DNA of 64,000 bases from a virus. A program made the position numbers and the translations under genes. Position 1 is the first letter of the stretch. Each line of letters starts with the position of its first letter. Positions 1 to 9,060 of the stretch are shown one piece after another. The stretch lies in the IMG/VR virus record IMGVR_UViG_3300009431_000016; one strand, 5' to 3'. The notes under the pieces were generated by a model, which had not been told where the DNA came from, did not search any database, and saw nothing but the letters and a program-made list of their open reading frames with translations.

Positions 1-25
1 AAGCCCGCAGAAGGCTGCATCCGAG

Positions 26-493
26 ATGACTGAGTGCATTGGAGTACTCGACGTAGAGATTCTGACTCGCATGTTCAAGGTCGTGAAATCTGCCAAGAAG
101 CAAGGCCTCGTGAGAGCGCCGATCCTTGCCGCGGCCTATAGAGCCACACAAACCATTCCAGCAGAGAAGGTGCTGGAGTGGCTGGAGATTCTCACTACCG
201 GATCTCCGAAACCAGAGCACAGTGCTGCTGTGAAATTCAAAGACCAGCAGGCAGCCAACAAGGGGGGCGACAAGCGAGAACAAGCCAACACGTATTTGCG
301 GGCATGCAATTCGATCTTGAAGTTCGCTGCAGGAGAAGTTGTTCAACAGCTTCCGCCGTTAAGGAGCGACCCGTTTCCGTTACTTGGAGAATTGGCGGCC
401 GTGCGCAGGAGTCAGAAAACAGACCGCAGGGACGTAAGCGGGAAGTTCGGCGCCATGGCCAAAGACGAAGACAGGTGGGCGGAGTTCCTGTAA
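26..493 (+). CDS. hypothetical protein (may begin upstream of the window)
   Basis: 155-aa ORF; first Met falls right at the window edge; no recognisable motif. Confidence 0.3.
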   Translation: MTECIGVLDVEILTRMFKVVKSAKKQGLVRAPILAAAYRATQTIPAEKVLEWLEILTTGSPKPEHSAAVKFKDQQAANKGGDKREQANTYLRACNSILKFAAGEVVQQLPPLRSDPFPLLGELAAVRRSQKTDRRDVSGKFGAMAKDEDRWAEFL

Positions 494-496
494 ACA

Positions 497-1369
497 ATGA
501 CTGCCATTCAGCCAACACACCAAGCCGCCGAAGCTAGAATATTCGTTGGCGATTGCCGCGAAATTCTGCCGAGGCTACCAAAGAAGACTGTCAACTGTGT
601 AGTGACATCTCCACCATATTGGAACCTGCGAGATTACGATGTGGGAGGCCAGATCGGAATCGAGGGAACTATTCAGGAGTATGTCTCCTCGCTGGTTGAC
701 GTCTTCGGTTTGGTGCGTGACGTTCTTCGTGACGACGGGACGGTATGGCTTGTGCTTGGCGACTCGTACGCACAGAGTGAAATCAGAAACAGGCAGGGAC
801 AGAGTGAGTTCAGTATCCTCCGAGACGACCACGACGCGAGAACAAAGAATCATCAAGTCGGACGCAAGGTCAATCACGGGCTGAAAAACAAAAACCTTAT
901 CGGCATGCCGTGGCGAATCGCACTAGCTTTGCAGGATGACGGATGGATCTTGCGGTCAGACATTATCTGGTCAAAACCAAACGCCATGCCAGAGTCAGCT
1001 AAAGATCGACCAACGAAATCTCATGAGTATGTCTTCCTGCTTGCGAAGCGTCAGAAATATTACTACGACTATCGGTCGATCCAAGTTCCGTCGAAAGAAG
1101 GCGGACGAAAAAACAAAAGAACGGTTTGGCAAATCCCAGTAGGGCGGTCACCCGGAGTACACTTTGCGACCTTTCCGCAACCATTGGCCGAGGCGTGTGT
1201 CCTTGCAGGCTGCCCAGAGAAGGGTACGGTGCTTGACCCATTCCTTGGATCTGGCGTAACATCGCTAGTTGCGAGAGACTGTGGCTGCCGCAGCATCGGA
1301 ATCGAAATCAATGAAGAATACGCCAAGCTTGCGTACGACAGGCTTCGGCAAAGGAGCTTATTGGCATGA
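497..1369 (+). CDS. DNA methyltransferase, beta-class (N6-adenine or N4-cytosine), orphan
   Basis: catalytic motif IV TSPPYWN near the N-terminus and AdoMet motif I DPFLGSGVT near the C-terminus, the beta-class order; no adjacent restriction enzyme. Confidence 0.8.
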   Translation: MTAIQPTHQAAEARIFVGDCREILPRLPKKTVNCVVTSPPYWNLRDYDVGGQIGIEGTIQEYVSSLVDVFGLVRDVLRDDGTVWLVLGDSYAQSEIRNRQGQSEFSILRDDHDARTKNHQVGRKVNHGLKNKNLIGMPWRIALALQDDGWILRSDIIWSKPNAMPESAKDRPTKSHEYVFLLAKRQKYYYDYRSIQVPSKEGGRKNKRTVWQIPVGRSPGVHFATFPQPLAEACVLAGCPEKGTVLDPFLGSGVTSLVARDCGCRSIGIEINEEYAKLAYDRLRQRSLLA

Positions 1370-1707
1370 GCGTCACGTCACTCCTGCTGGCTGCCGTCAT
1401 CGCGGCGCCGTCCGACTCACTTGCTGACCAACAGGCGCCGAAGCGACGCTCCTCTATTGAGGAGCGCAAGGCCTTAGTCAAACGACTACGGCAAGAGAAA
1501 TCGGCCCGCGAGTCTGCAGCCAGGAAAGCGAGGCTCCGTCAGCGACAGTACGAGACCGGGCGCCGGGTCCGTGCGGCCTACAACTACCAGCGGCGCCACG
1601 CATACGACTTCGCCGAGCTGGCCAAGCGGCAAATGGCTTACGATGTCGCGCGGCGGGCCGGGCTGATTCGAGTTCCGAGTTGTTCTTCGCGTAGGGAGGT
1701 GAGATGA
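1366..1707 (+). CDS. hypothetical basic protein
   Basis: 113-aa Arg/Lys-rich ORF; ATGA overlap with upstream gene. Confidence 0.3.
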   Translation: MSVTSLLLAAVIAAPSDSLADQQAPKRRSSIEERKALVKRLRQEKSARESAARKARLRQRQYETGRRVRAAYNYQRRHAYDFAELAKRQMAYDVARRAGLIRVPSCSSRREVR

Positions 1708-2147
1708 TGGATTGGTTGAATCAAATCGTGAAACTACATCCCTGCAGCAATGCCATTGAGTGGGCCCAAACGATGCCAAATCCTAAGGCAGCCTGGTTGC
1801 AGTGTGAGCGAGGAGACTGGATGCTGTGGCTGCTCGGGAAGCTGGCGGGCCCGCCACAAGATGATTCACGGCGTAGGCTCGTATTGGCGACGTGCGACTG
1901 TGCGGAGCCGGCCCTAAAATATGTATCTGTCGGTGAGAACAGACTGCGACAGGCGATCGAGGCAGCAAGACAATGGGCGAGAAATGAGAATGATGTATCA
2001 CTAAGTGACGTTCGCCGTGCCGCCAACGCCGCCCGTGCCGCTGCCGCCGCTGCCGCCGCTTACGCCGCTGACAGGGCGGATATACTTAAGCAATGTGCTG
2101 GCATCGTGCGCCGACATTATCCGAACCCGCCACTACTAGGCAATTAA
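1704..2147 (+). CDS. hypothetical protein (Ala-rich C-terminus)
   Basis: 147-aa ORF; overlapping start; poly-Ala stretch AAAAAAAYAA. Confidence 0.3.
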   Translation: MMDWLNQIVKLHPCSNAIEWAQTMPNPKAAWLQCERGDWMLWLLGKLAGPPQDDSRRRLVLATCDCAEPALKYVSVGENRLRQAIEAARQWARNENDVSLSDVRRAANAARAAAAAAAAYAADRADILKQCAGIVRRHYPNPPLLGN

Positions 2148-2181
2148 CCGATAATAGTTAGCTAATAGCAGGGAGACTGAA

Positions 2182-3108
2182 ATGATTATTTTCGATATTG
2201 AAACGACACCAAAAGAAGATGCCGCACTGAAGAAGCTGATGCCATACTCGCCGGGCGAGGTGAAGGATCTCGGAAAATTCGACGAGTCATCGGTCAAGCT
2301 TGGACCGGCCCCGCGGATGATTGAGAAACTGCGAAAACAGATTCACGAAGCCCGTAAGAAGGCGGGCCCGGATCCGGACGAGAAGACTGCTTCAAAAATC
2401 ACCGACATGATGAATGACCTCGAGGAGCGATGTCGAGCAAAAAAAGAGAAGATCGACGCTGCCAGAAAGGAACACGAAGACGCGGCTAAGACTGTCATGA
2501 ACAAAGAACTCGGCGCCGAAGCGGAACATTATACGAAGGTCAAGTCAGAGGCGGCCTTATCTCCAGTCCTCGGGCGGATCCTCGTCATCGGGTACTACAA
2601 CACAATCAGCGAGTCTTTCATGTATGATGATGGCACCCGCGAAGGCGCAGAGCACCTTGATCCTCTTCGGAATCCCCGTCAGCGTCGACAATCATCGGAG
2701 TCTGCAATCCTGAAACGGTTTTGGGGCATCTACGCCAGCTGTAAGAGCAATCAGGTCACGATGGCCGGCGTCAATATCTTCGACTTCGACCTGCCATTTA
2801 TCGTTAATCGGTCCTGGGTCTACAAGATCAAGACACCAGCCGACGTGATCAAAAATGACCGATACTGGAACCCAATCTTCGTGGATTTACGGAGGCGCTG
2901 GCTTTGCGGTCGCTTTGGATCCGGGATCACCGTAAAGTCGTCTTTTGACTGGCTGAGCAAGGCGTTCAAGACGTCCAGCAAGCCACAGGGCGTCACCGGT
3001 GCCGACTTCGCCGGGTTATGGAAAACGGATCGCAACAAGGCAGTGGAGTACCTCAGGGGCGACGTCGAGATTCCAGCGACATGGGCGGAGGCCATGGGCG
3101 TCGTCTAA
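2182..3108 (+). CDS. DEDD-family 3'-5' exonuclease (DnaQ/RNase D-like)
   Basis: N-terminal IIFDIETT (Exo I DxE), GVNIFDFDLPF (Exo II), YLRGD (Exo III Yx3D). Confidence 0.6.
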   Translation: MIIFDIETTPKEDAALKKLMPYSPGEVKDLGKFDESSVKLGPAPRMIEKLRKQIHEARKKAGPDPDEKTASKITDMMNDLEERCRAKKEKIDAARKEHEDAAKTVMNKELGAEAEHYTKVKSEAALSPVLGRILVIGYYNTISESFMYDDGTREGAEHLDPLRNPRQRRQSSESAILKRFWGIYASCKSNQVTMAGVNIFDFDLPFIVNRSWVYKIKTPADVIKNDRYWNPIFVDLRRRWLCGRFGSGITVKSSFDWLSKAFKTSSKPQGVTGADFAGLWKTDRNKAVEYLRGDVEIPATWAEAMGVV

Positions 3109-3154
3109 GGTTTACCATTATTTACTATTTCAAGGCTTTTTGGAGGCGAGAAGC

Positions 3155-4270
3155 ATGGGTATGTTTCAAAAGGCTGTGCGATACAAAAAGAAGGCTCGCA
3201 TAGCCCTATGTGGTCCCGCCGGAAGCGGCAAGACCTACACCGCCCTTCGGCTGGCTTTTGAGCTGGCCGGATGGAGCAAGGACACTCGCGGTGGGCGGGT
3301 CGTCTTGGTCGACACCGAGCACGGGTCCGGCAGCCTGTACGCTGGTGAGGACCCGGACGGGTTTCCGTGGCAGTACGACACGTGTGTGTTACAACACTTT
3401 GCACCAACAGCGTACACTGGCGTGTTAGGTGCCATTAACGCAGAGGGCTATGACGTTGCGATCGTAGACTCCCTGTCGCACGCTTGGGAAGGCGTTGGCG
3501 GCGCCCTGGACCAGGTCGACAAGAAAGCCGCAACGGCTGTCGGTGGATCGTGGGGCGCTTGGCGAGATGTTACGCCACAGCACCGAATGCTCGTCGAGTC
3601 TCTACTTAGCTGTAAGGTGCACCTGCTCGTTACGATGCGCACTAAAGTGGAGTATGAGACACAGGAGACCATAAAAAACGGCAAGAAGAAGTTGGCCGTT
3701 CAGAAGATTGGCACGAAGCCGATACAACGTGAGGGCCTCGACTACGAGTTTGACGTTGTGTGCGACATGGACACAGAACACTTGCTGAAGGTCGGCAAGA
3801 CTCGATGTAAGCATTTGGACGGTGTGACGTCCGTCAAGCCTGGACCAGAGCTCGTTGCGGTCTACGTCAAGTGGCTCAACTCCGGAGAGGTCGCCCCGGA
3901 AATTCGGCCGGTTACACCTATTGAGGCGGCAGAGAATACTGTCCGCGATGAAGGGGTAAAGCGGGAAGCTGAGGCGACTGTAGGCGCGGATCAGCCGCCA
4001 CAAGGAAGTGGCGGCCGCGGGCGACAGCTGTCGAGCGAGCCGAATGATGCGGCTACGTCATCCGAGCAGGGGCCCAATGATCCGTGTGGCATTGTCGTGG
4101 GTGGCGACATCATCGCATGTTGCAAAGATCTCGATTGGACAGTCGACAAGATCAAGGCGCTATTTACTAAGCTCGAAGTCTCAAAGGCTTCCGAGATTCC
4201 ACATAGACATGCCGGACGCCTGCTTGCTACGCTGCGGACGAAGGTTTCGGAGAAGCAGTTCCCTTCTTAA
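3155..4270 (+). CDS. RecA-fold Walker ATPase, Sak4-like phage recombination ATPase
   Basis: Walker A ALCGPAGSGKTYTAL; hhhhD Walker B (VVLVDTE); RBS GGAGGCGAG 5 nt upstream of ATG 3155; followed by a DUF669-like gene as in Sak4 modules. Confidence 0.55.
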   Translation: MGMFQKAVRYKKKARIALCGPAGSGKTYTALRLAFELAGWSKDTRGGRVVLVDTEHGSGSLYAGEDPDGFPWQYDTCVLQHFAPTAYTGVLGAINAEGYDVAIVDSLSHAWEGVGGALDQVDKKAATAVGGSWGAWRDVTPQHRMLVESLLSCKVHLLVTMRTKVEYETQETIKNGKKKLAVQKIGTKPIQREGLDYEFDVVCDMDTEHLLKVGKTRCKHLDGVTSVKPGPELVAVYVKWLNSGEVAPEIRPVTPIEAAENTVRDEGVKREAEATVGADQPPQGSGGRGRQLSSEPNDAATSSEQGPNDPCGIVVGGDIIACCKDLDWTVDKIKALFTKLEVSKASEIPHRHAGRLLATLRTKVSEKQFPS

Positions 4271-4430
4271 ATGCGACCGGCCTGTCGCGATTCGCGACTC
4301 CGCTGGTCGAAGAATACGGCGTCGAGGACTTTTGGTGGAAAGGCCTCGACACTCTTGGTTACCCACCGACCTGGCTTCATACGTTCAAAGAGTCACAATT
4401 AGTTTCACAAACACTTGAGAGGTAGATATC

Positions 4431-4970
4431 ATGGTCCAAGTGGATGCTACGAATTATAGCTCTGAAGATGACGTTGCCAGCAACAAGAAGCCGCAGGCTG
4501 GTACGTATCACGCCCTGATCACGCGTGCGGAGGATAGCCCCGAGAAGTTCCCGGACAAGGTCATTATGGACTTTGAGATTTTGGCGGGAACGCTCCCCGG
4601 CCAAGAAGGAACCAGCCTGACTGAATTTTTCGCGACGACGCCGAAGGCAATACCGCGGTTGACCCGCCTCGCGATGTGTCTGGGTCTGCTCGGCCCGCAG
4701 GAGAAAAAAAACATTGATTTCGCTAAGGCTGAACGCCAGCAGTGTGTGATCGAAGTTGAAGACACTGAGTACACAAAAAAGGGGGCCTCTGAACCGACTA
4801 AGACCGTGTCTATTTCTTACTTCGGCTTCTGGAGCGTAGGCAATAAAGCCGTCGCAAACGTCCCGAAGAACGAGAAGTTTCTCGAACACGTTCCGAACCA
4901 GAAAGGCGCCGAGAGCGGGCAAGACGAAGACCCGCAAGGAGGCGGACAGAATTGGGACGGGTTTGTGTAA
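4431..4970 (+). CDS. DUF669-like protein (putative SSB partner of Sak4)
   Basis: N-terminal PQAGTYHALITRAE...FEIL pattern resembling DUF669; synteny with the Sak4-like ATPase; RBS GAGAGG. Confidence 0.4.
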   Translation: MVQVDATNYSSEDDVASNKKPQAGTYHALITRAEDSPEKFPDKVIMDFEILAGTLPGQEGTSLTEFFATTPKAIPRLTRLAMCLGLLGPQEKKNIDFAKAERQQCVIEVEDTEYTKKGASEPTKTVSISYFGFWSVGNKAVANVPKNEKFLEHVPNQKGAESGQDEDPQGGGQNWDGFV

Positions 4971-5115
4971 CGTGTGATATCTTCTCCAGACCCGGCGCCG
5001 TGCACCCCGAAAGGTAGTCCGCATAATCCACCTCGTCAAAGGTGGCGTCCTACCGAAGGCTCTGGCGGCGCCGGGTTTTTTTCTGCCGCTACACACCCAT
5101 TTCACGAGGCGAGAC

Positions 5116-7413
5116 ATGACACGCAAACTCGTCGAGATCATCGCCGCCTTTCGGTGGGAGAAGATCCGATTCGACAAAGACGTACAAGAAGACGAGGAGT
5201 CTACTGCCCTCCTGGAGTGCGACCTTCAGCAAGACGGTCTATTCGACCAGAATGTCATCGTGAAGGTAATGTGCATGCCGGACGATTTTGCCGTAGGCCT
5301 GAATTACCGGTTCTACGGCAGCTGGCACACACACGAGAAGTACGGCAAACAGTTCCACGCCAAAACATTCGTCATTGCCCAACCACACGGCGAGGCCGGG
5401 ATCGTCCGATATCTAATCCGGGCCCCACACATCGGCCAGGTGGCCGCCAGGAAGCTATACCAGCAATTCCAAGGCGACGCGGTCCGGATCGCACGAGAAC
5501 AGCCTGACGTTGCCGCCGTGGCTGTAGGCGGCTCATTCAACCTGGAGAGGGCTCAAATTGCCTCTTCTTATTTTGAGCAGGAAAAGGCCACAGAGGAAAC
5601 AACAATCGACATGATTGAGCTCCTGGGCGGCCGCGGGTTTCCGAAAGATCTAGGGCGGCGACTCGTTGCTGAATGGGGGAATCGGGCTCCTGAGCTGATT
5701 CGCCGGAATCCATATCTCTTGATGAAATTCCGATCATGCGGATTTCTACGCACTCACCAAATGTACCTAGACCTTGGCGGCGATCCCGCGAGACTGAAAT
5801 GCCAAACGCTCTGTGGGTGGTATGCGGCCGCCAGAGACACGACAGGGCACACGTGGCACACATCCAGGACGATTGAGGCGGGCATGCGAGAAATGATCGC
5901 AGGGACGCACGTGCGGCCCCTGGACGCGGTTCTGCTGGGCATTCGGTCTGGGCTGCTCAGCAAGTGGCGGGATCGGAATGGCAAGCTGTGGCTGGCGGAG
6001 GGCGGTAAGGCCAGGAAGGAAGAGATTGTCGCCGCGCGCGTCAGGCAGTGGATTAGTGACGATGCCGAGTGGCCGGACGATTATAAACTTAATGTCAGCG
6101 ATCATCAGGGCGAAAAGCTTTTGGAGGCACTGGAATCGCCCATCTCGATCCTTTCGGGCGGCCCGGGAACCGGGAAGACCTACTCCGCCGCCAGGATGAT
6201 CGCCGCCGCCATACAGAGCGGCCGTGGTCAGGCCTGTGCATGTGCGCCAACCGGCAAGGCCGCGGTTCGGCTGACCGAGCTCCTGGACGGCTACGAAATC
6301 CCCCTGAAGGCCAAGACGATCCATTCGACCCTCCGGGTGGCCTCGCATAGCGAAGGCGCCGGCTGGGCATTCGAACATCATGACGAAAATCCGCTACCGT
6401 ACAAATGGGTCTTCGTGGACGAGGCGTCGATGCTCGACACGAATCTGGCGTCGTCCCTCTTTCAGGCCTGCCCCACCGGCTCGCACATCATGCTGATCGG
6501 GGACACCGGTCAGCTCCCGCCCGTAGGACACGGGGCACCGCTGCGCGACCTGACCGCTGCCGGCGTCCCCCATGGAACGCTCACGGAGATCCGCCGCAAC
6601 TCTGGTCGGATTGTGAGGGCGTGCCATCAGATCCTGGTCGGCGAGCAGTTCTCTATAAGTCAGTCGTTTAATCCTGATCGGGGCGAAAACCTCGCTTTAC
6701 TGGCCTCCAGCGATCCGAGCCGGTCTCACAAGAAGATCGTCGAGACAATAAGCAAAATTGGCTCACGCGGTATAGCGGACCCCGTGTGGGGCGTCCAAGT
6801 GATCTGTGCTGTCAACGCCAAATCGCAGCTCAGCCGTGAGGTCCTGAATAAACAGCTCCAGAGCGAATTAAATCCTACCGGCCGGAAGGTCCCCGGCAAT
6901 CCGTTTCGCCAAGGCGACAAGATCGTCTGCTTGAAGAATGGCCTGTATCCAGTAGTGCCAGAGGCGCCGTCCGGCTATAATACAGACCGGGTTGACGGAA
7001 AGGTTTCGGTCGCCAACGGCGAGCAAGGATTGGTCAAAGTCGTTGAGCTGCGCAGAACGATCGTTCAGCTGTCCGCACCAGACCGGCTGATTATTGTCCC
7101 ACGAGGCACCGAGAGTCAGGGCGACGGAGATAATTCGGATAAGTCCGGTGACTCTGGGTGTCAGTGGGACCTCGCATACGCCATCAGCTGTCACAAGTCA
7201 CAGGGCAGTGAGTGGCCCGTTGTTATCGTGGTGCTCGACGAGTATCCGGGCTCCAAGATGGTTTGCAGTCGAGAATGGCTGTATACCGCAGTCAGCAGAG
7301 CAAAGGGAGCGTGTTTCTTAGTCGGCCGTCTCTCGACCGCCTACGACATGATCGATCGGCAGGCGATCTATCATCGCAAGACGTTTCTCAAAGAGCTTAT
7401 CTCCAATGACTAA
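5116..7413 (+). CDS. RecD-like SF1 DNA helicase
   Basis: Walker A GGPGTGKT, Walker B VFVDEASML, motif III LIGDTGQLPPVG, C-terminal YAISCHKSQGSEWPVVIVVL (RecD/TraA family motifs). Confidence 0.85.
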   Translation: MTRKLVEIIAAFRWEKIRFDKDVQEDEESTALLECDLQQDGLFDQNVIVKVMCMPDDFAVGLNYRFYGSWHTHEKYGKQFHAKTFVIAQPHGEAGIVRYLIRAPHIGQVAARKLYQQFQGDAVRIAREQPDVAAVAVGGSFNLERAQIASSYFEQEKATEETTIDMIELLGGRGFPKDLGRRLVAEWGNRAPELIRRNPYLLMKFRSCGFLRTHQMYLDLGGDPARLKCQTLCGWYAAARDTTGHTWHTSRTIEAGMREMIAGTHVRPLDAVLLGIRSGLLSKWRDRNGKLWLAEGGKARKEEIVAARVRQWISDDAEWPDDYKLNVSDHQGEKLLEALESPISILSGGPGTGKTYSAARMIAAAIQSGRGQACACAPTGKAAVRLTELLDGYEIPLKAKTIHSTLRVASHSEGAGWAFEHHDENPLPYKWVFVDEASMLDTNLASSLFQACPTGSHIMLIGDTGQLPPVGHGAPLRDLTAAGVPHGTLTEIRRNSGRIVRACHQILVGEQFSISQSFNPDRGENLALLASSDPSRSHKKIVETISKIGSRGIADPVWGVQVICAVNAKSQLSREVLNKQLQSELNPTGRKVPGNPFRQGDKIVCLKNGLYPVVPEAPSGYNTDRVDGKVSVANGEQGLVKVVELRRTIVQLSAPDRLIIVPRGTESQGDGDNSDKSGDSGCQWDLAYAISCHKSQGSEWPVVIVVLDEYPGSKMVCSREWLYTAVSRAKGACFLVGRLSTAYDMIDRQAIYHRKTFLKELISND

Positions 7414-7771
7414 GCGAACCAAACACGTAAAGACGGAACCAGAAGTCTGCCAAATGGCAGGAGACTTCTACTGTTCGAAGGATTCACCTGTCGGCAAACA
7501 GCTGACCGTTGATCACCTGCAGGACCAGCTCGATCGGCTACGTTCTCATGTCGCAGGCCTGAAGACACTCGTATTAGCCTTATCGGCTCGCGTTGACATG
7601 ATGGGCGGAGTTGTTGAGGTTGACCCGCGGAAGATCCGGGCAGACGGTCGGCCGATCGAGCGCGACAAAGACAAAAAACTGGACATCTACACGTCAGGCT
7701 CGATCTTCGCCAGCGCCATGTCGGGCACACACGTCCGCAACCCCGAGTGCACGCCATACTCCAATGACTAA
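7406..7771 (+). CDS. hypothetical protein; its first 15 codons duplicate the start of the downstream nuclease gene
   Basis: 121-aa ORF whose 5' end lies in a 51-bp direct repeat; diverges afterwards. Confidence 0.3.
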   Translation: MTKRTKHVKTEPEVCQMAGDFYCSKDSPVGKQLTVDHLQDQLDRLRSHVAGLKTLVLALSARVDMMGGVVEVDPRKIRADGRPIERDKDKKLDIYTSGSIFASAMSGTHVRNPECTPYSND

Positions 7772-8273
7772 GCGAACCAAACACGTAAAGACGGAACCAG
7801 AAGTCTGCCCGTTTGTCATCCAAGTCGACCAGCGGGAGAAGGCGCCATATCGCTTTGAGGGCATCGAAAAAGACGATCAGGAGATCGTCGTTCCAACCGA
7901 ATCGGTTCACATCAAAACGGGAGACTACACGATACGCGGATTGAGTGACAAGATTGCGATCGAGCGAAAGAGTCTTGTCGACTTATACGGATCAGTCGGT
8001 CGCAATCGAGATAGGTTCTGCGCTGAGCACGAGCGGCTCGCTCAGTTTGAGCGGGCCGCTGTTGTTATTGAGGCGTCGTGGTACACAATCATGCACTGGC
8101 CGCCTGACATGTCAAAGCTGTCTCCGCGGGTGGTGTGGCGTACACACGCAAGTTGGTTCACTCGTTTCGGCGTTCCATGGTTCACGCTAGAGGACCGGCG
8201 CCTCAGCGAGCTGTTTACGTTTCAACTCTTAGATAGGTTTTGGAGACATGACAATGGTGCGAGAGCTGAATAG
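7764..8273 (+). CDS. ERCC4/XPF-Mus81-type nuclease (possible junction resolvase or flap nuclease)
   Basis: signature VDQRE ... GDYTIRG ... IAIERKSLVDLYGS matching the ERCC4 VDxRE / GDY / ERKx3DLxxS motifs. Confidence 0.55.
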   Translation: MTKRTKHVKTEPEVCPFVIQVDQREKAPYRFEGIEKDDQEIVVPTESVHIKTGDYTIRGLSDKIAIERKSLVDLYGSVGRNRDRFCAEHERLAQFERAAVVIEASWYTIMHWPPDMSKLSPRVVWRTHASWFTRFGVPWFTLEDRRLSELFTFQLLDRFWRHDNGARAE

Positions 8274-9060
8274 CGATGATCTTCCAGACGAGGCAGCAGA
8301 AATATCACGGGAGGATATGCTGGATAACGACAACTTTGATGACCTGGAAGGCGATCTTGAAGAGATGCTAGCAGAGGAAACGGACCAAGAGGAGGCCGAG
8401 CTAATAGCCAAGTCGGACGGTCCGGTTGTCGATGCCAGTGGCCCTGAGGAATCACCGCCAAACGAGCCAAAAGAATTGGAAGAGCCGGAAAAGCCGTCGC
8501 CCGCCGAGGTAAATCCGTTGCAAGCGGACATCCTTCGGCAGATTCGCGACGCCGAAAACCGGTGTCAAAACGCTGAGCTGGCCGTCTTGAACGCCAAGCT
8601 CGAATTGAAGGATGAAAAGGCTGAGTTTGCTGGAGCGGTTACGGCTCTCCGGAGTCTGATTAAGAGCCTGACGAACGACAATACTCGTCCGCTAATCAAG
8701 GTCTTTGATGTGGCCGAACAAAATGGCGATAGTAAAAAGCAGACTGATCCGGGGAAAGAACAGACCGACGAAGCTGATCCGGAACTGCTTGCCGAAGAGG
8801 CCGAATTCGATGAGCTCCTGATGGAGGACCTGGCTGTACTTGGCCTTTCAGATGCCACGTTTGGCAAGCTAGTTGAATGTGGAGTCGAGACAATCGGAGG
8901 GCTCGAAGAGTTGCGGAAGGATATCAGCAAAGGCAAGGCAAGGTGGCCAAAAGGTATTGGACGGGTCACCGTGACGAAGATCGAAGAAGCTGTTATTGAG
9001 TGGCTCGCAAACTTGGAGATTTCCGGCGATGCCGATACGGAAGACAAAGAAGAAAAGTAA
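8248..9060 (+). CDS. acidic protein with C-terminal helix-hairpin-helix-like segment
   Basis: N-terminal 100 aa about 40% D/E; coiled-coil; LGLSDATFGKLVECGVETIGGLEEL. Confidence 0.35.
   Translation: MTMVRELNSDDLPDEAAEISREDMLDNDNFDDLEGDLEEMLAEETDQEEAELIAKSDGPVVDASGPEESPPNEPKELEEPEKPSPAEVNPLQADILRQIRDAENRCQNAELAVLNAKLELKDEKAEFAGAVTALRSLIKSLTNDNTRPLIKVFDVAEQNGDSKKQTDPGKEQTDEADPELLAEEAEFDELLMEDLAVLGLSDATFGKLVECGVETIGGLEELRKDISKGKARWPKGIGRVTVTKIEEAVIEWLANLEISGDADTEDKEEK

Noticed and set aside
4275-4289. 15-bp near-palindrome GTCGCGATTCGCGAC as an operator
   Set aside because: It is a single occurrence with no partner site or adjacent HTH regulator, which is too little evidence.
5767-6381. 204-aa minus-strand ORF inside the RecD-like helicase gene
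   Set aside because: It is antisense to well-supported helicase motifs and is Pro/Arg/Gly-rich.
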